A stretch of 64,000 nt of DNA from a virus. Shown in pieces: positions 20,325 through 29,644 of the stretch (its first letter is position 1; every line of letters starts with the position of its first letter). The notes under the pieces are model-generated. The model was not told where the DNA came from. It did no database searches and saw only the letters and a program-made list of their open reading frames with translations. The translations under genes and the position numbers were made by a program. The stretch lies in the IMG/VR virus record IMGVR_UViG_3300032224_000723, positions 32,001-96,000 of that record, one strand, 5' to 3'.

Positions 20325-21317
20325 ATGAAAAGCTACGATTTTTTAACTGAAGGCATTGTCGAAGACGCACACGAAATGCACCAGGATCACGAAGTACAAA
20401 TGGCACGTAAGGACTGCTACCAAGCCGCAGAAAATGCTATTGCACTACACAAACTACTGCGTCACGTCAGTGAAAATCAAGGCATTGAGGGATGGGTAGC
20501 TGCTAAAATTACATTGGCCAGCGACTACTTGAACACAGTGCGTGAATACTTGGAATACGAACTAATGAATCAGCACAGCGAGCCAATGGCCGGTGCTCCT
20601 GTTAGTGTTGAGTTTCCTATTGCCGAAAGTCGTCAGATAGACGAAAGCAAAATGAAGGATCTAGACTTAGATTTAAAAAAGCCTCCAGTGGGCATGACAG
20701 ATCAAGCGTTTAAGAAAAAATACAACATGACCAAAGCAGAAGCTAATTCTAAGTTTTCTGCTAAAAAAGAAGTTGAAGAAGGCGTCATTGGTAAAAAGAA
20801 GCCTAAAGCAGATAGTTACCACATTGTTGGCAAAGATGGCAAGCCAGTAAACCTAGCTAGTTATAATGACCGTGCAAGTGCTGAAAAGGATCGTGACGAA
20901 AAACATCCTGGTGCTAAAGTACAACAAGTTGGCGCAAGAGGTAAAGTTAAAGGTGTTACAGAAAATGTTGATGCCAATACAATTTGGAATCAATATGGTC
21001 ATTACTCTAAGGATGACTTAATGCAGGAATTCCCACAATTAAGTCCTAAAGATGCACAGACTATTGTTAACTTTGCTGAATATGGTTGGACAAATATGCC
21101 TAACCGTCAAGAGTATAGAGATGAAGTAATAAAGAGAGTACTACATGCTATGAGCGGACGACAAGGTGTTTCAGAAATGAGCGCAGGTAGTGTTGCTACT
21201 GTGGTCAATCCTACACCTAAGAACAAAGCAAAAGTAGGTACACTGTTTGGTGGCACTTATCAAAGAGAAGAAGCAGATACTCCTTCTAAAAAAAGAATGT
21301 TTAATAAAAAGGCCTAA
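20325..21317 (+). CDS. Mosaic internal-virion-type polyprotein
   Basis: MKSYDFLTE N-terminus; junctions IVE, IAE, IDE, VEE, GVTE, QGVSE; TAAATA 20299-20304 and GAGG RBS. Confidence 0.65.
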   Translation: MKSYDFLTEGIVEDAHEMHQDHEVQMARKDCYQAAENAIALHKLLRHVSENQGIEGWVAAKITLASDYLNTVREYLEYELMNQHSEPMAGAPVSVEFPIAESRQIDESKMKDLDLDLKKPPVGMTDQAFKKKYNMTKAEANSKFSAKKEVEEGVIGKKKPKADSYHIVGKDGKPVNLASYNDRASAEKDRDEKHPGAKVQQVGARGKVKGVTENVDANTIWNQYGHYSKDDLMQEFPQLSPKDAQTIVNFAEYGWTNMPNRQEYRDEVIKRVLHAMSGRQGVSEMSAGSVATVVNPTPKNKAKVGTLFGGTYQREEADTPSKKRMFNKKA

Positions 21318-21320
21318 GCT

Positions 21321-22790
21321 ATGAGCGACCTACGCCAACTAATTGCAAAAATGGACCAAATCGAATCGGGTTCATTGCCAAAGAAGAAAAAAACTATTAA
21401 AGAAGATGCTGCTATTCCTGTGTCATCGGGCGGCGATATTATTGGTGGTATAAAATCACTGGGGCCTAAAGTAGCTAAAAAAGTTGTCCCTGCATTGGGT
21501 TTCGTTGATGCTGGAATGAGAGCACACGAAGGTGATTACACTGGTGCGGCTATAGGCACTTTGGGCGGCATTACTGGCGCAATACCACATCCGATAGCAC
21601 AAGGTATATCATTGAGTGCAGATGCTGTAAATCAATTACGTGACTACGCCAAGGAAAAAGGCGGATGGGGCGAAGTAGCCAAAGAAATTAGTCAGTCAAT
21701 GAAAAGCCATGATGATAATAATTTTCTTCCTGAAAATTTAGAAACATTAGACGAAGAAGGACTACGTAGTTGGTTAGCTAAAAAAGGTATTAGTGCTGCT
21801 GAATATTTAAAAAATTTAGTTAAGCCTGCAGAAAAAGAAATTGCTGATGTAAGTGCTGCCCGCCCAACTGATATTTCTGGAATCGGTTCTGATGTTCCTG
21901 GCACGATAAGAGTTGGTACTCCAGCAAAACCACCCGAAGTTCCTTCAGCAGCCACAACTACAAAATCACTGGATCAACGTGCCCAAGCTGCGAGCGAGAT
22001 AAATGCAAAATTAGATACGTTACCAAAACCTAAAATAAATGCTAAAGATTATCAAGCACAATTAGCAAAACAACAAGAACTAGAAAAACAATTAAAAGAT
22101 CCAAGACCCGCAGTATGGAAAGATCCAAGAAATCCTGAATTGCCAGCGTCAAAATCTCCCCCAGCGGCAAATGTGGAACCTCCACAACCATTGAATGGTA
22201 AATCATTTAAAGATGCTTCAGCAGAAGTTAATAAAACCACCGGGCCTAAAGTAAATAGAGATGAGTTAGGAAGACCGTTGGACAATCAAGGTCGAAACAC
22301 CACAACCTTAGGTGGTGAGCCTATTACCTATGATGCAGCCGGTAATCCTAGCATTGGCACTACGCCTAAATCTAATTTTAATAGACCAAGTTCAGCTAGA
22401 GGTGACACAGAAATGGGTCCTGAAATAGATCCTAATGCACCACCTGAATGGTTTCAACAATGGCAGGCAAACCAGCAAGCCCAGCAATTACCCCAACCGC
22501 CGGTAGATGCAGACAAGCCGGGTATATTGAAATCAATTGGCAAAGCAATGTGGAATAATCCAAAAACAACTGCCGCAGTTGCCACTGGGGCAGAGTACGA
22601 AAGAGAAAAAAATGCTAACTGGAAAGGTGCTAAAGCAGCTGGTCAACTTGCACACCCAGATGATGATTTTTGGTCATATCAAAATCAAATAAAAGACTTT
22701 GGTGTTAAACCAGAACTAAAAACTCCTACCAAAGAATCATTACAAAATAAATTGTTTAACGAATTTAAAACATTTGTAGAAAAGAAATAA
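21321..22790 (+). CDS. Large Pro-rich, probably virion-associated protein
   Basis: MSDLRQLIAKMDQIE start; IKE, LDE, FVE sites; Gly-rich hydrophobic segment. Confidence 0.55.
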   Translation: MSDLRQLIAKMDQIESGSLPKKKKTIKEDAAIPVSSGGDIIGGIKSLGPKVAKKVVPALGFVDAGMRAHEGDYTGAAIGTLGGITGAIPHPIAQGISLSADAVNQLRDYAKEKGGWGEVAKEISQSMKSHDDNNFLPENLETLDEEGLRSWLAKKGISAAEYLKNLVKPAEKEIADVSAARPTDISGIGSDVPGTIRVGTPAKPPEVPSAATTTKSLDQRAQAASEINAKLDTLPKPKINAKDYQAQLAKQQELEKQLKDPRPAVWKDPRNPELPASKSPPAANVEPPQPLNGKSFKDASAEVNKTTGPKVNRDELGRPLDNQGRNTTTLGGEPITYDAAGNPSIGTTPKSNFNRPSSARGDTEMGPEIDPNAPPEWFQQWQANQQAQQLPQPPVDADKPGILKSIGKAMWNNPKTTAAVATGAEYEREKNANWKGAKAAGQLAHPDDDFWSYQNQIKDFGVKPELKTPTKESLQNKLFNEFKTFVEKK

Positions 22791-22791
22791 C

Positions 22792-24873
22792 ATGAGTGAT
22801 ATGCGCCGACTACTAGAAGCCATGGACAGCATGAGTCGTGCTGAGAAGAAACCCACAGGTCCAAAATTTCCAGGTTACTGGAAAGGTACAGATCCTGCCA
22901 GTGCTGCTAAAAATAAAATGGTTGGCGGCTGTGAGCAAGAAAGTGTTATTCCCGAACTAGCAAAAACAGCAAAGAAGAAATCTACAGAATGGGAATTAGA
23001 AGAAGCATTCAAACAATTTAAAGAAGGCGAATTTAGACGAGACGTTATCCCCCAACAACAAGCACCAGTGAATACTAAATTAGATCCAGGATATGGAAAG
23101 CCTTTAGATAGACTTCCTGATCCTCAAGGAGATCAAAGCGGCGGATTTAAGAAAGTACTGCCCGGTGAAAAATTTGATAAAGACCAATGGTCTCTGCCAG
23201 GTAAACCTAGCGGTACTCCTAATTTGCCAGTTAGTCCTGATGTCAATACCCCATTATATACACCGCCGTATGCAGGTGATCCAGGTCTGGGAGTAAAAGT
23301 TCCCACTGATAGATTTGATGTCATTGGTGATGGGCCCACCTATGCACAAGGAATCAGACCTCCTTATCAAGCCAGATATAAACCTGGCAAAGAACCTGTA
23401 GAATTAAAAACAACAGAACCGCCAGTTTCAGTAGCTGGTCCAGAGCAAGAAAAATTTGATGTTAAGACTAATTCAATTAAAGTTAATCCAGCAACTGGTA
23501 ATGTTACTAAACAAGATAAACCTGAATTTGCTGGTCCCACAGATACATTTATCAAAGATAAGAATGGCAAGTGGGTAGAGAATCCAAAATACTCAAAGCC
23601 TAATACAGATATTAGTCCAGAAGAAAATGCTGAAATTGATCAACAAATAAAACAACAGCAACAAGTACAGCAACCACCGGAAGTTAAACCTGCCCCAGAA
23701 GTTAAATCAGTATCCACTACTGGTTCAGATACACTAAGAACTAATATAAACAAAGCCAGTAGCGGAAGTGACAACTCTGCCGTTAAAACTGGAACCTCTT
23801 CTCCCACACAAACTGAGCCAGAACCTCGACCAGGTAGCTGGCAAGAACTTGCAAAACTGAATAATATCACTGATCCTACTAAATTACGTGCAGGACAAAC
23901 AATTAGATTGCCGGACGACAGTAATTATACCATAAGTCCAAATGATACACTTAGTGGCATTGCTCACTCCTTGCGTACTACTGGTCAGCCACCAGGACAA
24001 CTAAAAAGCCAAAAAACTACGCAAGCTGATCGAGATCAAACTCCACCGTCCGATGGGACAGCAAAATCTGTAACTACTACACCAGTATATGTGGGTGGTA
24101 AGGCTAAAAGAAAAGCAGCGACTATTACAACACCAGAGATTAATTATTCACGAGACCCTGATGTCATGTCTGATCCAACTGCACCAGAAACTAAAGGATA
24201 TCAACGTAGTCCAGAACAAAAAGCCGCAGATGCGGCTGCACTAGCCGCGGCAGAACGAGCAGAAAGAGCACGACAAAAACTAAGATCGAACTTGCCGCAA
24301 TCAAAAAACAAACCAAAACCTCAAATCGCTGTTCCTGAATCATTCAGTCAACGACTAGCCAAAGACTTCGAACAGTTTTTAGAATCAGACGAGCCTTATT
24401 CGGGTTACGATCAAGATGTTAAAAAATTAAAACAACGTGCCAAGTTAGGCCCGATGAAAACTGTATGGGATGAGAAAACACAGAGATATCGTGTAGTACC
24501 AGTTAAGCCACAGGAAAAACAAATTAAAGAATATGGTAATGCACAAGACGCTAACCAACAAGCTACTAATGCCAACCAACAACAAACATCGCAAACAGGT
24601 GACCAAAAAGCCATAGACCAACAAGTAGACATTGCCACTGCTAAGTCAACAATGTCTGGCTTAAAAAATGTTCTTGGTCCACAACTTAATACCAATGCTG
24701 CTGCCAGTGGTGTTGTAAAAATGAATGACGGGAAACCTTTATCAGTACCAGAACGTGAAGCGATAAGTACACTAACACCATTGGTATCAAAAGCAGCAGA
24801 AAATCCTGCTACCGCCAGTGCATTAAAGTCAGCGTTAAGTACAGCAGGTATGTTGGCCAAGCAAGGAAAATAA
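22792..24873 (+). CDS. Large low-complexity virion-type protein with LysM-like segment
   Basis: MSDMRRLLE start; LAKLNNITDPTKLRAGQTIRLP and YTISPNDTLSGIA. Confidence 0.6.
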   Translation: MSDMRRLLEAMDSMSRAEKKPTGPKFPGYWKGTDPASAAKNKMVGGCEQESVIPELAKTAKKKSTEWELEEAFKQFKEGEFRRDVIPQQQAPVNTKLDPGYGKPLDRLPDPQGDQSGGFKKVLPGEKFDKDQWSLPGKPSGTPNLPVSPDVNTPLYTPPYAGDPGLGVKVPTDRFDVIGDGPTYAQGIRPPYQARYKPGKEPVELKTTEPPVSVAGPEQEKFDVKTNSIKVNPATGNVTKQDKPEFAGPTDTFIKDKNGKWVENPKYSKPNTDISPEENAEIDQQIKQQQQVQQPPEVKPAPEVKSVSTTGSDTLRTNINKASSGSDNSAVKTGTSSPTQTEPEPRPGSWQELAKLNNITDPTKLRAGQTIRLPDDSNYTISPNDTLSGIAHSLRTTGQPPGQLKSQKTTQADRDQTPPSDGTAKSVTTTPVYVGGKAKRKAATITTPEINYSRDPDVMSDPTAPETKGYQRSPEQKAADAAALAAAERAERARQKLRSNLPQSKNKPKPQIAVPESFSQRLAKDFEQFLESDEPYSGYDQDVKKLKQRAKLGPMKTVWDEKTQRYRVVPVKPQEKQIKEYGNAQDANQQATNANQQQTSQTGDQKAIDQQVDIATAKSTMSGLKNVLGPQLNTNAAASGVVKMNDGKPLSVPEREAISTLTPLVSKAAENPATASALKSALSTAGMLAKQGK

Positions 24874-24874
24874 A

Positions 24875-27262
24875 ATGAATTTACATAGTTTGTTTGAAAA
24901 TGTAGCAGAAGAAAAATGTCCGCATTGCAATGGGCCAATGTTCAGTGAACTAATGATCAATGAAAAGAAAGATGCTTGCTACTACAAAGTCAAGAGTCGT
25001 TATAAAGTATGGCCCAGTGCTTATGCCAGTGGTGCATTAGTTAAGTGTCGCAAAAAAGGCGCAGACAGTTGGGGCAATAAATCGGAAAGCGTGGCGGAAG
25101 CCACAGGTGATGAGAAGTTTGATACCATGATGGGCAGGATACAGCAAGAACCAAAGTATCCTGATTCACAAATGCCTCCAACAGATGTAAAAGATCTGTA
25201 TCAATGGGCAGTCAAAAACAACAAGCCGTATCATAAAATTTTTGCTGAATGGGCCATGAGAGAGGGTTACAAGTCTGTTGCCCCGGCATTACAGAAAGCG
25301 GGTAATTTAGATAGTGACGCTTTAGATTATTGGACTCCACGTGTTTGGAAAATATATTGGGGCGAAGTCCGGGGTATTGATTCAGAAATGCCCCCAGAAT
25401 GGGCCAAAAAACGTATACCTGCGGAATTGAGATATTATCTTGATGATGTGTTTGATGCTTATGATCGTATAGTGTTTGATTGGCCCACAGAATATCGTCA
25501 GATTGGTCAGCAAGGCATGGCGGAAGGTTTAGATAAACCTGAAGAAAAATCTATGTATGATTATCGTGGTGTTCCTGGTTTAGATAAACCTGAAGAAAAA
25601 TCTATGTATGATTATCGTGGTGTTCCTGGTTTAGATAAACCTGAAGAAAAATCTATGTATGATTATCGTGGTGTTCCTGGTTTAGACGAAGGCATGAAAG
25701 CCGATGAGCTTTCACGCTACTGTGAAGAACTTGTGGCAGAAAAAGGCTGGGATGCCGCATACAAACATGCTAGATTTATGGCACAAGGTGCTACAGATCC
25801 TGCCTGGGGCAGTGTATTAAAATATCTTCATGCCATGAAAGACGGAGTATCAGAAGATCAACTAGACGAAAATTTACGTCAGTGGTTCAAAGAAAAATGG
25901 GTACGATTTGGTCCAGACGGAAAGATTCGCGGAGACTGTGCCAGAGGAGATGACAGCGAAGGTAAGCCAAAATGTTTGCCTCAAGCCAAAGCACACGCAC
26001 TGGGTAAAAAAGGTCGTGCCAGTGCTGCCGCAAGAAAACGCAGAGAAGATCCCAATCCTGAACGCCGCGGCCCTGCACACAATGTTGCTACAAAATCTGA
26101 AAGCTCGTTAAACGAATTTGCGCCAGGCAGTGATGACGGCAACGATGGATTCAGTGATGAAATACTAAAGCGTTTAGCCGCACAATGGTGGCAAGGTGAC
26201 GAAGATCCAAGAGTAGAACGCACACTAGCGGCCGCTGGTTGGGAAATTGGGCAAGACGAAGGCTATGACAACGGTGGTGTATTTGTTGTAATGTCCGGTG
26301 ATGAGCATGGCCGCAGTTACATGAGCTGGCCCGCAGAAGAGTTGGAAGGCTTGTCGGAAGGCTACTACAATGACATAGGTCCGGAATACGGTGGTGCTGG
26401 CAAGGGTCGTTCCGAAGATGCAATGATGACTACCAAACTTACTAGACAAGCAAAAGCTGCCGCCAAAAAAGCTGGCAAAACATTTAATACCAGTGCTGAA
26501 TATCGTTTGTGGCATAGGAAACAAAAAGAAAAACAAGGTGTGTCGGAAGCACAAACTGATTATCAAAAGCGCCGTCAACGTGAACGTGATGTAGATGCAG
26601 GTAAGCCAGTTAAACGTCAACCAAAGAATCCACAGAATGATTATTTTGCACGTCGTAAAAAAGAACGAGACTTAGCAGAAGACCAAGCTGTACAACTATC
26701 ACCTAATATATCAGCAAGACCAAATCAAGATCCTGACTCGCCCGAAGACTATGACTACTTTTATAAAGACATGCAGGTAATGCCCGGGCAAGATTTTCAC
26801 ACACAGATAAAAGATCAACATCTACGTCAAATGGATCCTGCATATAATACTATGCGAACAGCATTTGATAACCCTATTAAGCCAGGACCGACTACAACTT
26901 ACAAAGAACCTAAGGGCGACACAATAATCCCAGTGCGTCCGCAAGAGCCAGAAAAAATGAAGGACATAGAAGGCAATCCTGTTAGACTAAGAGATTATGT
27001 TCCCGGTGATCCAAGGATATCAGAGTCTCGCTTATACTATAATGTCATAGGCACAGCAGATAAAGAACTACGTTCAGCCTTTGGTATGAGAAAAGATAAA
27101 AACGGTTGGTTCTTAAAAGAATCCAGCAGTACAAAATATAAAATGATGGCGCAACGTGCATTTGGTAGTCCTAAGTTGCAGGAATATAATTTTCCTGCAG
27201 GGCAAGCTACTAAAGGCAGTGAAGGTGTAATCAGTCCTGTTGGCTCTATCCCACGTAATTAA
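24875..27262 (+). CDS. Mosaic internal-virion-type polyprotein (about 10 or more modules)
   Basis: MNLHSLFE start; junctions VAE, INE, SVAE, QGMAE, LDE, GVSE, LNE, GLSE, QGVSE, LAE, ISE, LQE. Confidence 0.65.
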   Translation: MNLHSLFENVAEEKCPHCNGPMFSELMINEKKDACYYKVKSRYKVWPSAYASGALVKCRKKGADSWGNKSESVAEATGDEKFDTMMGRIQQEPKYPDSQMPPTDVKDLYQWAVKNNKPYHKIFAEWAMREGYKSVAPALQKAGNLDSDALDYWTPRVWKIYWGEVRGIDSEMPPEWAKKRIPAELRYYLDDVFDAYDRIVFDWPTEYRQIGQQGMAEGLDKPEEKSMYDYRGVPGLDKPEEKSMYDYRGVPGLDKPEEKSMYDYRGVPGLDEGMKADELSRYCEELVAEKGWDAAYKHARFMAQGATDPAWGSVLKYLHAMKDGVSEDQLDENLRQWFKEKWVRFGPDGKIRGDCARGDDSEGKPKCLPQAKAHALGKKGRASAAARKRREDPNPERRGPAHNVATKSESSLNEFAPGSDDGNDGFSDEILKRLAAQWWQGDEDPRVERTLAAAGWEIGQDEGYDNGGVFVVMSGDEHGRSYMSWPAEELEGLSEGYYNDIGPEYGGAGKGRSEDAMMTTKLTRQAKAAAKKAGKTFNTSAEYRLWHRKQKEKQGVSEAQTDYQKRRQRERDVDAGKPVKRQPKNPQNDYFARRKKERDLAEDQAVQLSPNISARPNQDPDSPEDYDYFYKDMQVMPGQDFHTQIKDQHLRQMDPAYNTMRTAFDNPIKPGPTTTYKEPKGDTIIPVRPQEPEKMKDIEGNPVRLRDYVPGDPRISESRLYYNVIGTADKELRSAFGMRKDKNGWFLKESSSTKYKMMAQRAFGSPKLQEYNFPAGQATKGSEGVISPVGSIPRN
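25526..25686 (+). repeat. Perfect 51-bp tandem repeat x3 (+8 bp) encoding GLDKPEEKSMYDYRGVP
   Basis: Units 25526-25576, 25577-25627, 25628-25678. Confidence 0.95.
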
Positions 27263-27287
27263 ATAAATAAGACATAAGGTATGTAAA

Positions 27288-27722
27288 ATGGATGAACTCA
27301 TTAAAGCAATGAAAATTGCATTTGCAACAGAATATGGCTTTGCTGTAAAAGCACAGTTTTGCCATTGGAATGTAATAGGACCAGAGTTCCCACAATACCA
27401 TGCATTGTTTGACACTATCTACACAGAAGTATATGGCAGCATTGATCCATTTGCTGAAAATATTCGTAAGTTAGGTAGTTATACTCCAGGTAGCTTCCAA
27501 CGTTTAAGTATGTTAAGTCAAATCGACGAAGACCTTGAAGTTCCCCCTGCTATGACTTTAGTCGCTGGTTTATTAGAAGACAGCGAAAAATGTAGTAGAC
27601 TATTTAAAATGGTTTATGATCTAGCAGAGCGCGAAGGCAAACATGGCCTAAGCAACTTCCTAGCAGAACGCATGGATGCACATGACAAGCACTCTTGGAT
27701 GCTTAGATCAACTTTAAAATAA
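27288..27722 (+). CDS. dps: Dps DNA-protection/mini-ferritin protein
   Basis: HWNVIGPEFPQYHALF, D..AENIRKLG, HDKHSWML. Confidence 0.9.
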   Translation: MDELIKAMKIAFATEYGFAVKAQFCHWNVIGPEFPQYHALFDTIYTEVYGSIDPFAENIRKLGSYTPGSFQRLSMLSQIDEDLEVPPAMTLVAGLLEDSEKCSRLFKMVYDLAEREGKHGLSNFLAERMDAHDKHSWMLRSTLK

Positions 27723-27729
27723 TTAATCA

Positions 27730-28848
27730 ATGAATTCAACTTATTGCAGTGCCGTGGACACGGGACTGTTTGTTAGTACTCAAGGTCAGGTAGGGTTATG
27801 TTGCAGTGGAGCACAGCCTTTGGGTAACATCAAACAACAACCCATTAAAGAAATATTTGCTAAATCAAAGTTTCCAGAAATACGTCTAGCACTTAAAAAC
27901 AATCAACCTCATGAATATTGTTCAGGCTGTGATAGAACTGAGCAACAAGCCGCAGGATCTAGTCAGCGCAGTGCGTTTAATGATCAATTCCCCAATCCCA
28001 CAAAACGTGAAATTAAACTAATTGATGTACGTTGGAGCAACGTCTGTAATCTAAGTTGCAGATATTGTAACGTATACGACAGCAGTGAGTGGAGTAGAAT
28101 TATGAACATTCCTATTCCGTCAGTGAATAAAGACTACACCGATTCCTTATTTGAGGAAATTGCAGAAAATAGAGATTCTATTGAGTGTATGTATTTGTTA
28201 GGCGGTGAGCCACTGATGCAAAAGCACAACGAAAGATTGTTAGACATCATTAATCCTAGTGTTAAGATAGATGTGCTAACCAATCTCAGTGTTAAATTAG
28301 ATAAAAATAAAATCTATGAAAAACTAAAAAAGTTTCCAATGGTACTTTGGAATTTAAGTTTTGACAACATCGGTGATAGGTTTGAGTATGTTAGACATGG
28401 TGCTAAGTGGGATATATTCACAGACAATATAAAACAACTATGCGATGACTTTGGCGCACATAGAATAACATTTCACCCAGTGTATACCATTTGGAATGCA
28501 TTGAACTTAGAAGAATATTACGAGTTTGCCAGCAAACAAAACTTCAGAGTTAATTGGCAAATGGCCATGCCCAAATCAGGAATAAGTGATATAGAAACAG
28601 AAAGTTTTATTACATTTGGACACAAGTCCAGTATTATGACCGCAGCCATAAAAGAAATAGAATCTGTAAATGTTGCTGACCCTATAGTTGATAACATCAA
28701 ACAAAGTTTAATCAACAACATTGAAATTCCCAATAAGGATCAAGACTTCTTAACATGGACTGCACAGTCTGAAAGTATTATACCACCCAACAAACCATTT
28801 AGCGAGCTATGGCCTGAGTTAAATAAGTTATTAACAGGCACACAATGA
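27730..28848 (+). CDS. Radical SAM protein with N-terminal SPASM/twitch domain
   Basis: CNLSCRYC, GGEP; N-terminal C..CC...CxxC. Confidence 0.85.
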   Translation: MNSTYCSAVDTGLFVSTQGQVGLCCSGAQPLGNIKQQPIKEIFAKSKFPEIRLALKNNQPHEYCSGCDRTEQQAAGSSQRSAFNDQFPNPTKREIKLIDVRWSNVCNLSCRYCNVYDSSEWSRIMNIPIPSVNKDYTDSLFEEIAENRDSIECMYLLGGEPLMQKHNERLLDIINPSVKIDVLTNLSVKLDKNKIYEKLKKFPMVLWNLSFDNIGDRFEYVRHGAKWDIFTDNIKQLCDDFGAHRITFHPVYTIWNALNLEEYYEFASKQNFRVNWQMAMPKSGISDIETESFITFGHKSSIMTAAIKEIESVNVADPIVDNIKQSLINNIEIPNKDQDFLTWTAQSESIIPPNKPFSELWPELNKLLTGTQ

Positions 28849-29546
28849 CTGAACTCATATACACATTAATCGTAACACATATCACAATTATTTGTGTTAC
28901 GGTGTTTTTACATCGCGGCCAAGCACACAGAACATTGATATTCAGTCCTGTGCTCAGTCATTTCATGCGTTTTTGGTTATGGTTAACTACTGGTATGGTC
29001 ACTAAAGAGTGGGTGGCAATACATCGCAGACATCATGTTAGCAGTGATTCTCCAGGGGATCCGCATAGCCCACATGTATTTGGTATATGGCGTGTGTTAT
29101 TTGGCGGAGCATTGCTGTATAGAGATAGTTCTAAAAATTCTGCCATAATAGCGCAGTACGGTATAGGAACACCTGACGATTGGATCGAACGTAAGGTATA
29201 TACTCCTTATAACTTCTTAGGCATTCTTCTAATGCTGGCCATTGACTTGTTGTTATTTGGTCCATGGGGATTGGTAGTATGGGGCATACAAATGATTTGG
29301 ATTCCGTTTTGGGCTGCTGGAGTCATTAACGGACTAGCACACTGGTGGGGGTATCGTAATGGTGAAACTAAAGATAAAAGTACGAACATTAGTCCTTGGG
29401 GTATTATTATTGGCGGTGAATGTCTGCACAATAATCATCATTTGGAACCCGCGAATCCTCGCCTCAGCCGTCGCTGGTTTGAATTTGACATAGGATGGCT
29501 GTATATAAAGATATTCGAATTTTTAAGACTCTTAAAGATAAAATGA
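28845..29546 (+). CDS. Membrane fatty acid (delta-9-type) desaturase
   Basis: His boxes HRGQAH, HRRHH, HNNHH; TM segments. Confidence 0.9.
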   Translation: MTELIYTLIVTHITIICVTVFLHRGQAHRTLIFSPVLSHFMRFWLWLTTGMVTKEWVAIHRRHHVSSDSPGDPHSPHVFGIWRVLFGGALLYRDSSKNSAIIAQYGIGTPDDWIERKVYTPYNFLGILLMLAIDLLLFGPWGLVVWGIQMIWIPFWAAGVINGLAHWWGYRNGETKDKSTNISPWGIIIGGECLHNNHHLEPANPRLSRRWFEFDIGWLYIKIFEFLRLLKIK

Positions 29547-29621
29547 CCTTGGCCTTAGGACCGGGTGGGCGGCTACTGCCTTGACTTATACAATTCGCTA
29601 CTGTATAATATAAAGTGTAGC
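29546..29621 (+). ncRNA. Candidate structured RNA (GC-rich, three hairpins, possible pseudoknot), overlapping a sigma70-like promoter
   Basis: Stems GGC/GCC and TTATACA/TGTATAA; GCTAC complementary to GTAGC; TTGACT-N17-TATAAT at 29581-29609. Confidence 0.35.
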
Positions 29622-29644
29622 AATTAACTTTTTCAAATAATATT

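Noticed and set aside
25526-25686. Possible CRISPR array
   Set aside because: Head-to-tail identical 51-bp coding repeats with no spacers and no cas genes
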